Source: an uncultured Verrucomicrobiae bacterium (GTDB lineage: Bacteria > Verrucomicrobiota > Verrucomicrobiia > Limisphaerales > Palsa-1400). Taken from it: DNA of 64,000 nucleotides. The notes under the pieces were generated by a model. The model made no database searches. It saw nothing but the letters and a program-made list of their open reading frames with translations, and was not told the DNA's origin. Positions 1 through 9,091 of this stretch are shown here, in pieces. The DNA lies in assembly GCA_963707025.1 (NCBI GenBank), contig CAVPOM010000004.1:160001-224000 (forward strand). Direction: 5' to 3'. Numbering within the stretch: position 1 is the first letter of the stretch; every line of letters begins with the position of its first letter. The translations under genes were made by a program, and so were the position numbers.

Positions 1-1
1 A

Positions 2-406
2 TCCGCCACGGGGCGCCTGGACAAGGTTGTTGCCATGGCCGGACTGGTCGTAGAGGGTGGTGATCCAGCAATATGTGTTGGCGCAGAAGGCGTCCTGCGC
101 GGCCGCGTCGGCGTATCCGCCCCCATCCGCCGCGGAAGGTTGGACGACGCCGATGTCCAAAGTTTTGCCGTCCGACTGGCGCAGGACCTGGTAAAGCAGG
201 CCGTTGTAGGAGGCGTAGAGAGAGCGCGTGCTGCTGTGGGCGGCGGCGCAGGGACTGCCGCCGGCGGCGTAGATGTCACATGGGCCTTCCGGCCTGGGTA
301 GAGGAGCATTGCGTCCGGCCCCGGCCTGTCTGGCTAGCAGCAACGTGGCTAGAGGCAGCGTCAGCGCCATTGCGAGCAGTATCACAAAACTGTTTTTTGA
401 TTTCAT
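2..406 (-). CDS. Secreted GH54 alpha-L-arabinofuranosidase B, N-terminal part (runs off window edge; absent from the ORF track)
   Basis: Manual translation from ATG at 406 gives signal peptide MKSKNSFVILLAMALTLPLATLLLA, then EGPCDIYAAGGSPCAAAHSSTRSLYASYNGLLYQVLRQSDGKTLDIGV...AAAQDAFC...LYDQSGHGN, the GH54 catalytic-domain start. Confidence 0.9.
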   Translation of the reverse strand, partial: MKSKNSFVILLAMALTLPLATLLLARQAGAGRNAPLPRPEGPCDIYAAGGSPCAAAHSSTRSLYASYNGLLYQVLRQSDGKTLDIGVVQPSAADGGGYADAAAQDAFCANTYCWITTLYDQSGHGNNLVQAPRGG

Positions 407-544
407 GTTTATCCGACTCTTTAGACTGAGTTCTTCCAGTTGGCCCTCTGGCCGTGACCACCACGGACAACCGAGGAGCTGTGAGATGCATCATAACCGC
501 GATCCCAGGGGCGGGAAGCAAAATCTTGAACGCGGCGACGCCAA

Positions 545-663
545 ACCGCAGCGCCTGGCTGCCAGCCAATCTCATCCAGGCCCAGCGCGATTATTTCGGA
601 GCTCACACCTACGAACGGATTGATGCCAAAGGCACATTCCATACGGAATGGGAGAAGTCGTAG
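545..663 (+). pseudogene. gnd: C-terminal remnant of 6-phosphogluconate dehydrogenase
   Basis: [22 protein letters not shown]...FHTEW is the Gnd C-terminus. Only about 38 codons remain, directly upstream of zwf. Confidence 0.9.
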
Positions 664-668
664 GAATT

Positions 669-1969
669 ATGAAAACGACTGACCAACTCGAACAGACTGT
701 CCTTGTCATTTTTGGCGGGGGCGGCGACTTGACCTGGCGGAAACTCGTTCCCGCCTTGTTCGACCTCTCCCAGGACCCAAGCATGCCCGCCGCATCTTTT
801 ACATGGCCACACCACCGAGCATGTTCGGCGAAATCCCAAAATATCTCGGCAAGGCCGGACTGGCGCGCGACCGGGAATTTGCGCGGATCGTGGTGGAGAA
901 ACCGATCGGCTATGACCTGGAGTCCGCCCTGGCCCTGAATGCCATCCTCGCCGCCAATTTCGGGGAATCCCAGATTTTCCGCATCGATCATTATTTGGGC
1001 AAGGAAACGGTGCAGAACATTTTGGCGTTCCGTTTTGTCAACCCGCTTTTCGAGCCAATCTGGAACCGGCGTTACATTGACTATGTGACCATCACCGTGG
1101 GAGAGGCAGTGGGCATCGAGCACCGCGGCGGCTATTACGACCACGCGGGAGCGCTGCGCGACATGGTGCAGAATCATTTGATGCAGTTGCTCTGCCTGGT
1201 GGCGATGGAACCGATGGTTTCCTTCCAAGCCGACGAAATCCGCAACAAGAAGGTGGATGTGCTCCATGCGGCCCGTCCAGTTCACCGCGACGCGGTCGCT
1301 CAATCCGCCGTGCGCGGACAGTATGGCCCCGGCAACAGCGATGGCAAAAAAGTGCCCGGCTATCGGGAGGAAGAGGGGGTGGCCCCCGATTCCCAGACGG
1401 AGACCTTTGCGGCGTTGAAGTTGTTTGTGGACAACTGGCGCTGGCAGGACGTGCCATTTTACCTTCGGACGGGCAAGCGCCTTCCCCGGCAGGCCTCGGC
1501 GATTTCCATTCAATTTCGTGCCCTTCCGCATCGGTCGTTTCCGCCCGAGGCCTCGCTCGGCTGGCAGCCGTCCCGGCTCGTCATGGCCATCCAGCCGGTC
1601 GAGGGTATCGTGCTGGGCTTTCAGGCAAAATATCCAGGGCCGAAGATGCAATTGCGTCCGGTGGACATGCGGTTTAGTTATCGCCAGAGCTTCGACGCGC
1701 CTTCGCCTGATGCGTATGAAACGCTGCTGTGGGACGTGATGAAGAACGACGCCACGCTCTTCATGCGGGCCGATCAGGTCGAGGCAGCGTGGCAGTGGTT
1801 GATGCCGGTGCTCGAAGTCTGGGCCGAGGCACCGCCCAGTGATTTCCCCAATTGCGCTGCCGGCACCTGGGGACCTGAAGAGACTCAGGGGTTGCTGGCT
1901 TGCGGGCACAATTGGCCCCTCCCGGCTGAATTGGTGGAGTCGTGTAAAAGAAAGGGCAAGAATTCGTGA
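669..1969 (+). pseudogene. zwf: Glucose-6-phosphate 1-dehydrogenase with an internal deletion and frame break near 790
   Basis: VIFGGGGDLTWRKLVPALF (from 669) jumps directly to RIFYMATPP in another frame. RIDHYLGKETVQN, GALRDMVQNHL and WQDVPFYLRTGKRL follow. Part of the Rossmann domain is missing. Confidence 0.85.
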
Positions 1970-1997
1970 CTCGATGTAGTATGGAACATCTGATCGC

Positions 1998-2672
1998 ATG
2001 AAAATCCTGGTCATTGATATCGGCGGCACGCATGTAAAAGTGCGCGCCACCGGTCACAAAAAGCGGATGGAAATTCCATCCGGCCCAAAAATGACCGCCC
2101 ATGAAATGGTGGCGGCGGTTCGGAAGATCATCGCCGGCTGGAAATACGATGCCATCACGATTGGCTACCCGGGACCCGTACTACACGGACACATTGCCGC
2201 TGAACCGCACAATCTCGGTCATGGCTGGATGGGCTTTAATTTCAAAAGAGCATTCGGTTGTCCGGTGAAGCTTGTCAATGATGCGGCCATGCAAGCGTTG
2301 GGAAGTTATCGGGGGAAACGGATGCTTTTCCTGGGTTTAGGCACCGGCTTGGGTTCGGCGCTGATTGTTGACGGCGTGCTCGAGCCGATGGAACTGGCGC
2401 ATCTGCCTTACAAAAAAGGCCGCGCTTACGAGGATTATGTGGGTCTGGCCGGACTGAAGCGGCTTGGGAAAAAGAAATGGCGACGCCATGTCAACGACGT
2501 TGCCAGGCAACTCAAGGCCGCATTGGAGGCTGATTATGTCGTTTTGGGCGGCGGCAATGCGAGACTGCTCAAGAAACTCCCACTTGGAAGCCAACTCGGG
2601 GACAACGCCAACGCGTTTCGTGGCGGCCTTCGCCTTTGGTCAAAATCTCACAATCGGAATTTCCTAAAATGA
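1998..2672 (+). CDS. ROK family polyphosphate glucokinase-like protein
   Basis: Motifs VIDIGGTHVK, VNDAAMQALG, LGLGTGLGSA, ELAHL and VLGGGNA. Confidence 0.85.
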   Translation: MKILVIDIGGTHVKVRATGHKKRMEIPSGPKMTAHEMVAAVRKIIAGWKYDAITIGYPGPVLHGHIAAEPHNLGHGWMGFNFKRAFGCPVKLVNDAAMQALGSYRGKRMLFLGLGTGLGSALIVDGVLEPMELAHLPYKKGRAYEDYVGLAGLKRLGKKKWRRHVNDVARQLKAALEADYVVLGGGNARLLKKLPLGSQLGDNANAFRGGLRLWSKSHNRNFLK

Positions 2673-5148
2673 ATGATTCTGAAAACTCCGTGGCCTTCGG
2701 CGCGCCCGGCATCGAACCCCGTTGGACCTCCAGCGCCAAGGAAGGTCTCGGCACCGCTTATCATACGAGTTGCCGGGTCTGGTTCACACTCAGCCACGGC
2801 ATCATCAACGAAATCTACTACCCTACCGCAGACCAGCCAAACACGCGCGATTTTCAGTTTCTGATCAGCGACGGCGAGACGTTTTGCCACGAGGAGAAGC
2901 GCGACCTGGAGCACCGGATCGAATACCCGGAACGAGATTGTGTTTTCTACCGCCTGACCAATTCAGATCCCAACGGGCGATACCGGCTGATCAAGCACAT
3001 TCTCGCCGATCCGCATCGTTCGGTTGTGCTTCATGCACACCAAACTCGAAGTGCTTGATAAGTCGTTGCGCGGCAAGTTGCGTCTCTACGCGCTGTTGGC
3101 TCCGCACCTGGCGCGTCATGGTGCGGGCAACTCCGGTTGGTGTTCTGAAATCGGCGGCAACAGTCTGCTCCACGCCGAGCGCGAGGATGTGCATCTGGTC
3201 ATGGGATGCAGCCACGGGTTTTCGCGGCGATCCATCGGTTATGTCGGCGCCAGCGACGGCTGGCAGGATTTGATGGATAATCTCAAGATGGACTGGGAAT
3301 TCCGCAAAGCCGGGGACGGCAACATTGCGCTGACGGGCGAAATTGATCTTCAGGGCGGGGATGAGTTTGCGATCGCCATTGCGCTTGGGAGAAGCTGCCA
3401 GAGCACAGTGGCGAAGTTGCTGCAATCGCTGGCGGAGCCGTTCGAGGCCCATCGCGAAGCCTATATTCGCCAGTGGCAGCGCACAGTGGTCAATCCGAAG
3501 TTCGATTTCAGCAAGCACACATCCGACGGCGGGCACACGTATCGGCTAAGCCGCTGCATTTTGCTCGCCCACGAAGACAAAACCTTTCAAGGCGCGCTGG
3601 TGGCGTCCATGAGCATCCCTTGGGGCGAGACCAAGGGCGACAACGATCTGGGCGGCTATCATCTGGTCTGGACGCGCGATCTGGCGCAGAGCGCGACCGC
3701 ACTCCTGGCGACCGGCCAGACCGGGACTCCATTGCGCGCCTTGATCTGGCTGGCCGCCATTCAGCGGACGGATGGCAGATTCCCGCAGAATAGCTGGATC
3801 AATGGCAAGGCATATTGGTGCGGCGTGCAGCTTGATGAAGTGGCCGCGCCCATCCTGCTGGCGTGGCGTTTGCAGCGTGAAGGCGTCGCGCTGGGCCGGT
3901 TCGATCCCTGCGTCATGATTTCGCGTGCCGCAGCCTACCTCATCCGGCAGGGTCCGGTGACCGCGCAGGAACGATGGGAGGAAAACGCGGGCTTTTCTCC
4001 TTCGACGCTCGCCACGGTGATCGCCGGCCTGGTTTGTGCCGCGGAGTTTGCCAAACAGCGCAAGGACGCGGGCACTGCGGAATTCATACTGGTCAATATG
4101 CGGACTGGTTGGCCGCCCACCTTGAGGAATGGACCGTCACCACCGCCGGTGAATTGGTCGAAGGTTTCCGGCGCCATTACATTCGGATCAATCCCACGGA
4201 TCCCGGCCGCGCCCGATCCGCACGCCGATCCCAACACCACGATGCTTGCTATCGCCAATGGCGGCGGACGTCCGTCCGGCAAGGAACGTGGTCGGCGGCG
4301 ATTTTCTTCACCTGGTGCGATTGGGCATCCGCGCGGCTAATGATCCCCTCGTGCGTGATTCCATCGCTGTCATGGATCGCTTGCTCAAGGTCGATCTGCC
4401 GCAAGGTCCGGGCTGGCGCCGCTACAATCACGATGGCTATGGACAGAAGGAGACGGCAGCGCCTTCGACGGGACAGGCGTCGGACGATGCCTGGCCGATT
4501 CTGACCGGGCGAGCGCGGCCATTACGAGCTGGCGGCCGGGCGTGATCCCAAGCCGTTTATTGCCGCGATGGAAAAATTCGCCAACGAAGGCGGCATGATC
4601 AGCGAGCAGTTGTGGGACGCCGAAGACCTGCCGGAGAAGGGAATGAGGCGCGGGTTTTCCAGCGGTGCGGCAATGCCGCTGTGCTGGTCACATGCGGAAT
4701 ATGTCTCCCTCGTGCGCAGCGCTCACGACGGCGTGTGCTTTGATCGAGTCGAACCGGCCTTCCAGCGCTACGTCGTCAACCCGGTGGTAAGCCGGCACGA
4801 AATGTGGAGCTTTCGTCATTCGATTCGCCGCATGCCGCCCGGACAAATCTTGCGCCTCATCGTAGAGGCGGAGGCGACCGTCGTTTGGTCCGACGACTGC
4901 CTGGGCCAGCACCAACAAAGCGGACACCACCCATGATAGGCGCGCTGGGTTTGTGGTTCGCCGATCTTCCCACGGAGAATTGCCCGAACGGCTCGGTGAT
5001 CGAGTTCACTTTCTTCTGGAAAGCAGCCGGGCGTTGGGAAGGCACGAATTATTCAGTGGCGGTCACCGGACAAAGCCCGAGAGCTTCGGGAACGCGGAAG
5101 AATCCCAAAAACAAACTGACTGTCACGAGGGGCAGGGAAAACCGTTGA
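2669..5148 (+). CDS. GH15 glucoamylase/glucodextranase-like protein, split by several frameshifts
   Basis: Consecutive ORF pieces carry AFGAPGIEPRWTSSAK, GGYHLVWTRD, QLDE, QERWEE, WRRYNHDGYG and AMPLCWSHAEY. ATGA overlap with the ROK gene. Confidence 0.88.
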
Positions 5149-5162
5149 TCTATGAGTCCTCC

Positions 5163-5420
5163 ATGAATCCTGAAACCCCGCCCAAACCCAAAGGACTCTC
5201 CGGCGCCGAAGCCGCCGAGGCCGCCGGGTTGGTGAACTACCAGGACGGCTCCATTGTCAGCCGCGAAATTGTTAAGAAGCCAACTGGGAACGTGACCATC
5301 TTTGCGTTTGATGAAAGGACAAGGCTTGAGCGAGCACACCGCACCATCCGATGCGCTCGTGCATGTGCTCGAAGGAGAGGCGGAAATCAGCATCGCCGGC
5401 AAACCGCATTGCTTGCGTTG
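5163..5420 (+). pseudogene. Cupin-domain protein, frameshifted and truncated
   Basis: YQDGSIVSREIVKKPTGNVTIFAFDE / GQGLSEHTAPSDALVHVLEGEAEISIAGKPH, after which similarity is lost. Confidence 0.75.
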
Positions 5421-5633
5421 TGCCTTGCTGGTTCGTGGAATCCGCACCGAAGACATCATGAGTCCCACTCGCCGCCAGGTGCATACGCTGACTCCCTTCG
5501 CCAAAGTTCGGGGCACTTCCATCACTTATCCGCCCGAGTCCTTGCCGAGCACGGCAAAAAAGCCGTCGGCCAAGCGCGCCCGGTTGCTACCTGTCGAGAA
5601 TTTCCGGCCAACCAAAGCATCGGTTTCCAAACC

Positions 5634-5897
5634 ATGAATCATGACGTTGCGCACTTCGGTTTCCCGCTCTGGTTGCGTCTGACGCACTACATCAATTTCC
5701 TGTTTCTCACTTTGCTTATCCGCAGCGGCATTGAGATCCTTGCCGAGCATCCCAGGCTGTATGGGAACAAAGACTGCACTCCACGCAGTGAATGGCTCAA
5801 ATCCATCTAATTGGTGGAGGACTATCGGACCATTGGCGAAGGCCACGGCGGCTACCGGGAAGACGTCCAATACTACGGAACCGGGGCTGAGATTTGA
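5634..5897 (+). pseudogene. Remnant of a cytochrome b / molybdopterin (MsrPQ-like) oxidoreductase: N- and C-termini fused, middle deleted
   Basis: GFPLWLRLTHYINFLFLTLLIRSGIEILAEHPRLY...CTP.SEWLK joins in frame to SI*LVEDYRTIGEGHGGYREDVQYYGTGAEI*. Family assignment is from recall of motifs. Confidence 0.65.
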
Positions 5898-5954
5898 ATC
5901 GGTAGGGTTTTACCCCATAGGAAGATTTCGGCCAGGCGCTTAATTTGAGCTTGC

Positions 5955-6130
5955 TGACGATCAATTGCTCATTGCCACAGGTTCGACAGTTCCTCGGTTG
6001 CAGGTGCCCGGTGCGGACCGGCCCGAGATTTTCTTTCTGCGGCAAATGCAGGATTCTCAGGCCATCCACGCGCAGATCAAACGAGGAAAGCGGGCTGTGG
6101 TGATCGGATCAGGCTTTATTGGAATGGAGG
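5955..6130 (+). pseudogene. Internal fragment of an FAD/NAD(P)-dependent (ferredoxin reductase-like) oxidoreductase
   Basis: LLIATGS...FLR...AVVIGSGFIGME; no start or C-terminus. Confidence 0.75.
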
Positions 6131-6193
6131 GGCCACGGACGCAACCATCTCCGTGATTGACCTTCAACCCCTCCCGACATTAAACCTTCACGC

Positions 6194-6568
6194 ATGACCA
6201 ACCTTAAAGACTTAACGATCAGCCAACTCAAGAGCATCATCGCCATCAAGGAGCAAATCGAGACGCTGCAAGGGCGAGTTGATTCCATCACTGTTGGTGG
6301 CGGTGTGATTCCAATCCCGTCTGCCGAGGAAGCCTCTGCGTCCGCCAAGCGCAAATATCACATGACCGCAGCCCACAAGCGTAAACTCATTAAAGCTCTG
6401 GCGAAGGCACGGAAAATACGCTGGGCAAAGGCAAAAGCGGCCAAGCCGGCCAAGAAGAAGGATTGGCGCAGCAGTCCGGCAACGAGGGCCAAACTTGCAG
6501 CAGCAGCCAAGGCGAGATGGGCCAAGGTGCGGGCGGAGGGAAAGAAGACGCTGCATAATAAAAGTTGA
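6194..6568 (+). CDS. Small basic K/A/R-rich histone-like protein
   Basis: N-terminal coiled coil (IKEQIETLQGRVDSI) and two RWAK-containing basic helices (ARKIRWAK, AKARWAK). Confidence 0.75.
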   Translation: MTNLKDLTISQLKSIIAIKEQIETLQGRVDSITVGGGVIPIPSAEEASASAKRKYHMTAAHKRKLIKALAKARKIRWAKAKAAKPAKKKDWRSSPATRAKLAAAAKARWAKVRAEGKKTLHNKS

Positions 6569-6583
6569 TCGCTGGTGAATTTT

Positions 6584-6793
6584 ATGAAGAGAACTGGAAG
6601 ATGTCCGAAATGCGGTGGGACAGACCTCATCGCCGATGCAATGGCGATTGGTCGCGGATACGAAATATCTATCGCCAAGTTTCAGAAGCCCGACGCGCTA
6701 ATCTTCAAGGGGAAGGAATCCTCCACCGTGTCTGCATGGAAGTGTTCCACTTGCGGCTATATCGAGCTATACGCTAACGACCCTGAAAAATGA
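6584..6793 (+). CDS. Small zinc-ribbon protein, possible gene cassette
   Basis: CPKCG and CSTCGYIELY motifs; followed by an attC-like site. Confidence 0.7.
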   Translation: MKRTGRCPKCGGTDLIADAMAIGRGYEISIAKFQKPDALIFKGKESSTVSAWKCSTCGYIELYANDPEK

Positions 6794-6820
6794 AATTACC
6801 GAGAGCCTGACAATCGCCGC

Positions 6821-6931
6821 ACGCTAACAGTCGCTAGAGCCAACTACTGTTGGCGCATGCTGTTCTGCTTCGCGGTTCTGCTTCGCGGTTGACATTGCAC
6901 ATCCGGCGTGGCTCAGTTCTGAACATTGGGC
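6821..6931 (+). mobile_element. Degenerate integron attC-like site
   Basis: Begins with CGCTAAC (R''-like), has GAGCCA...TGGCTC complementary inner boxes, and ends CATTGGGC (GTTRRRY with G>A). Contains a 13-bp tandem duplication GTTCTGCTTCGCG. Confidence 0.55.
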
Positions 6932-6947
6932 CTGAAATGAGGCCATT

Positions 6948-7877
6948 ATGAAAATCACGCGCAGGGAGTTTACGATGAAAGTGAGCGGGCTTGGAGTTGG
7001 AGGCTTGTTTGCACTTGGAGGTTGCGACAGAGGGGAAAGGAAGAAGGCCTTGTCGGAGACACTGCCAAAGCAGCCAGGTGCAGCCGGGCAGTCCAGAACT
7101 GCGTCGGCTGGGGAAGACGGGGCTGGTGCTTTCGTCCGTGGGTTTTGGCGCCCAGAGGACCAGAGATGACGACCTCATCCGCTACGCTCTTGACCAAGGC
7201 ATGACTCACATTGAAACGGCGTGGAGCTACGGTTTTGGACGCTCAGGCAACAGTTGCGAATGCATCGGCAAAGCGATTGCGGGGAGGCGCGATTCGGTGT
7301 GTCTGGCGGTGGCTTACTCGATGGAGGCGTCTCCAACCAGCAAGGCCTGGCTTCCGAATCAATTTGAGCAGACGCTCCGAGATCTGGGCACCGATCATAT
7401 TGAGGTATTCCTGTGGCACCACCGGGGGGCGGATCGATCAACAACAGCCAATTGACCTTGGAGCAGAGTCAGGCGCTGGTCGCTGCGGGCGAGAGGGTGG
7501 ATCTGATGCTGAAATGGAAGAAGGAAGGGAAGATCCGATGGTGCGGTGTGACCGCCCACAGCGAGCAGGTCGAATGGCCGAAGTTCGTGGCGGAATCCAA
7601 GCTGTATAACGTCGCGGTGGTCGCCTTTAACTACAACAGCCCCACAGCGGTTGCCCAGGCCATGCAAGAGGCCTCGCGGGCGGGAGTCGGCCTGATCGCG
7701 ATGAAGACCCAAAGCCCCAATTACGTTGATGGGGAAGCGCAGATTGGCAATGCACCCGACCATCGCCAAGCCTTGAGCTGGGTTCTCTCCAAGGACTTTG
7801 TCACTGCGGCCATACCTGGCATGACCACACGCAGTCAGGTTGACCTGAACCTGAAAACAATGGGTTCAGCGATATGA
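6948..7877 (+). CDS. Aldo/keto reductase with a Tat-like leader; two frameshifts (~7070, ~7420)
   Basis: Motifs TRREF, RRLGKTGLVLSSVGFG, IETAWSY, LRDLGTDHIEVFLWH, KKEGKIRWCGVTAH and GVGLIAMK. Confidence 0.8.
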
Positions 7878-7906
7878 GATTCCAAATACCGTAAGGCAAG
7901 CAAAGC

Positions 7907-9091
7907 ATGAACGGAATTTCAGAAACATCGTCGCCGGCTTCCCTCCCGACAGCGACGCAGCCGAAGGCGGGCGCCCCGGCGTTCTGGCCGGGTCTTCTTC
8001 TCTCGCTCGCCGCCGGCTTCATCACGGTCGGGATTATGTGGGACATTTCCTGGCACGAGACGGTCGGGCGCGACACTTTTTGGACCGCGGCGCACATGGT
8101 CATTTATCTGGGGGGCGCTTTAGGAGGATGTGTCGGCGGATGGCTGGCTATACATTATACGTTTCTGGCCGGCCCGGAGGAACGGGCGGTGGCGGTGGGC
8201 GTGTTTGGAGCGCGCGCGCCGTTGGGAGCCTGGGTGGCAATCTGGGGAGCAGTGGCGATGCTGACTTCCGGGCCATTCGATAATTGGTGGCACAATGCCT
8301 ACGGGCTGGATGTCAAGATTATCAGTCCGCCCCACGCTTTGCTGGGACTGGGAATGTTTGGGATCACTTTTGCCGCGTTGCTCCTGGTGCTCTCGCGCCA
8401 GAACCGTTTGCAGGATGGCGCGGGCAGCGGATTATTTGTTCTCGTGGGCGGCGTGTTCGTGGTGATGGCGGGCGTGTTCGTGATGGAATACACGTTTCCC
8501 AACATGCAACACGCGGCGCCTTTTTACGAGGCGTGCGGATTGACTTTTCCACTTCGTTTGGTCGCCTTGGGGCGCGCCGCCCGAACCTCCTGGCCGGTAA
8601 CGCGCGTCGCTGCGGTCTACATCCTGGTCGAATGCCTGATGATCTGGATTCTGCCGCTCTTTCCCGAGCAGCCCAGGCTGGCGCCGATCTTCAATCCTGT
8701 GACGCACATGGTGCCTCCACCCTTCCCGCTTTTGCTCGTCTTTCCAGCCGTGGCGATGGATCTGGTGCTGCGTTGGGCGAGCGGCGTCACCGGCTGGAGG
8801 CGCGTGGCCCTCGCCTTTTTGCTCGGCGCGGTTTTCCTGGCGGTGTTCATCCCGGTGCAGTGGTTCTTCTCCGCGTTTTTGCTCTCGCCGCACGCGGAGA
8901 ATTGGTTTTTTGTGGGAAACCGGGTCTGGAGTTACGGTGATAATCTCGGTGATTGGACGAGGCAGTTCTGGAATGTAAATCTCTCCCGCGCCGCCGTCCT
9001 GACGGCGCTGGCCTGGAGTTGGGGGTGGGCCGCCGTCACTTCCTGGCTCGGACTGCTCCTGGGCGGTTGGATGCGAAAGGTGCAGCGATGA
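7907..9091 (+). CDS. Polytopic membrane protein with two D-x3-H-x12/13-H motifs
   Basis: Many hydrophobic segments; WDISWHETVGRDTFWTAAH and FDNWWHNAYGLDVKIISPPH. Confidence 0.8.
   Translation: MNGISETSSPASLPTATQPKAGAPAFWPGLLLSLAAGFITVGIMWDISWHETVGRDTFWTAAHMVIYLGGALGGCVGGWLAIHYTFLAGPEERAVAVGVFGARAPLGAWVAIWGAVAMLTSGPFDNWWHNAYGLDVKIISPPHALLGLGMFGITFAALLLVLSRQNRLQDGAGSGLFVLVGGVFVVMAGVFVMEYTFPNMQHAAPFYEACGLTFPLRLVALGRAARTSWPVTRVAAVYILVECLMIWILPLFPEQPRLAPIFNPVTHMVPPPFPLLLVFPAVAMDLVLRWASGVTGWRRVALAFLLGAVFLAVFIPVQWFFSAFLLSPHAENWFFVGNRVWSYGDNLGDWTRQFWNVNLSRAAVLTALAWSWGWAAVTSWLGLLLGGWMRKVQR

Noticed and set aside
2669..5148. Programmed frameshifting in the GH15 gene
   Set aside because: There are too many irregular shifts and no consistent slippery site; error or decay is more plausible.
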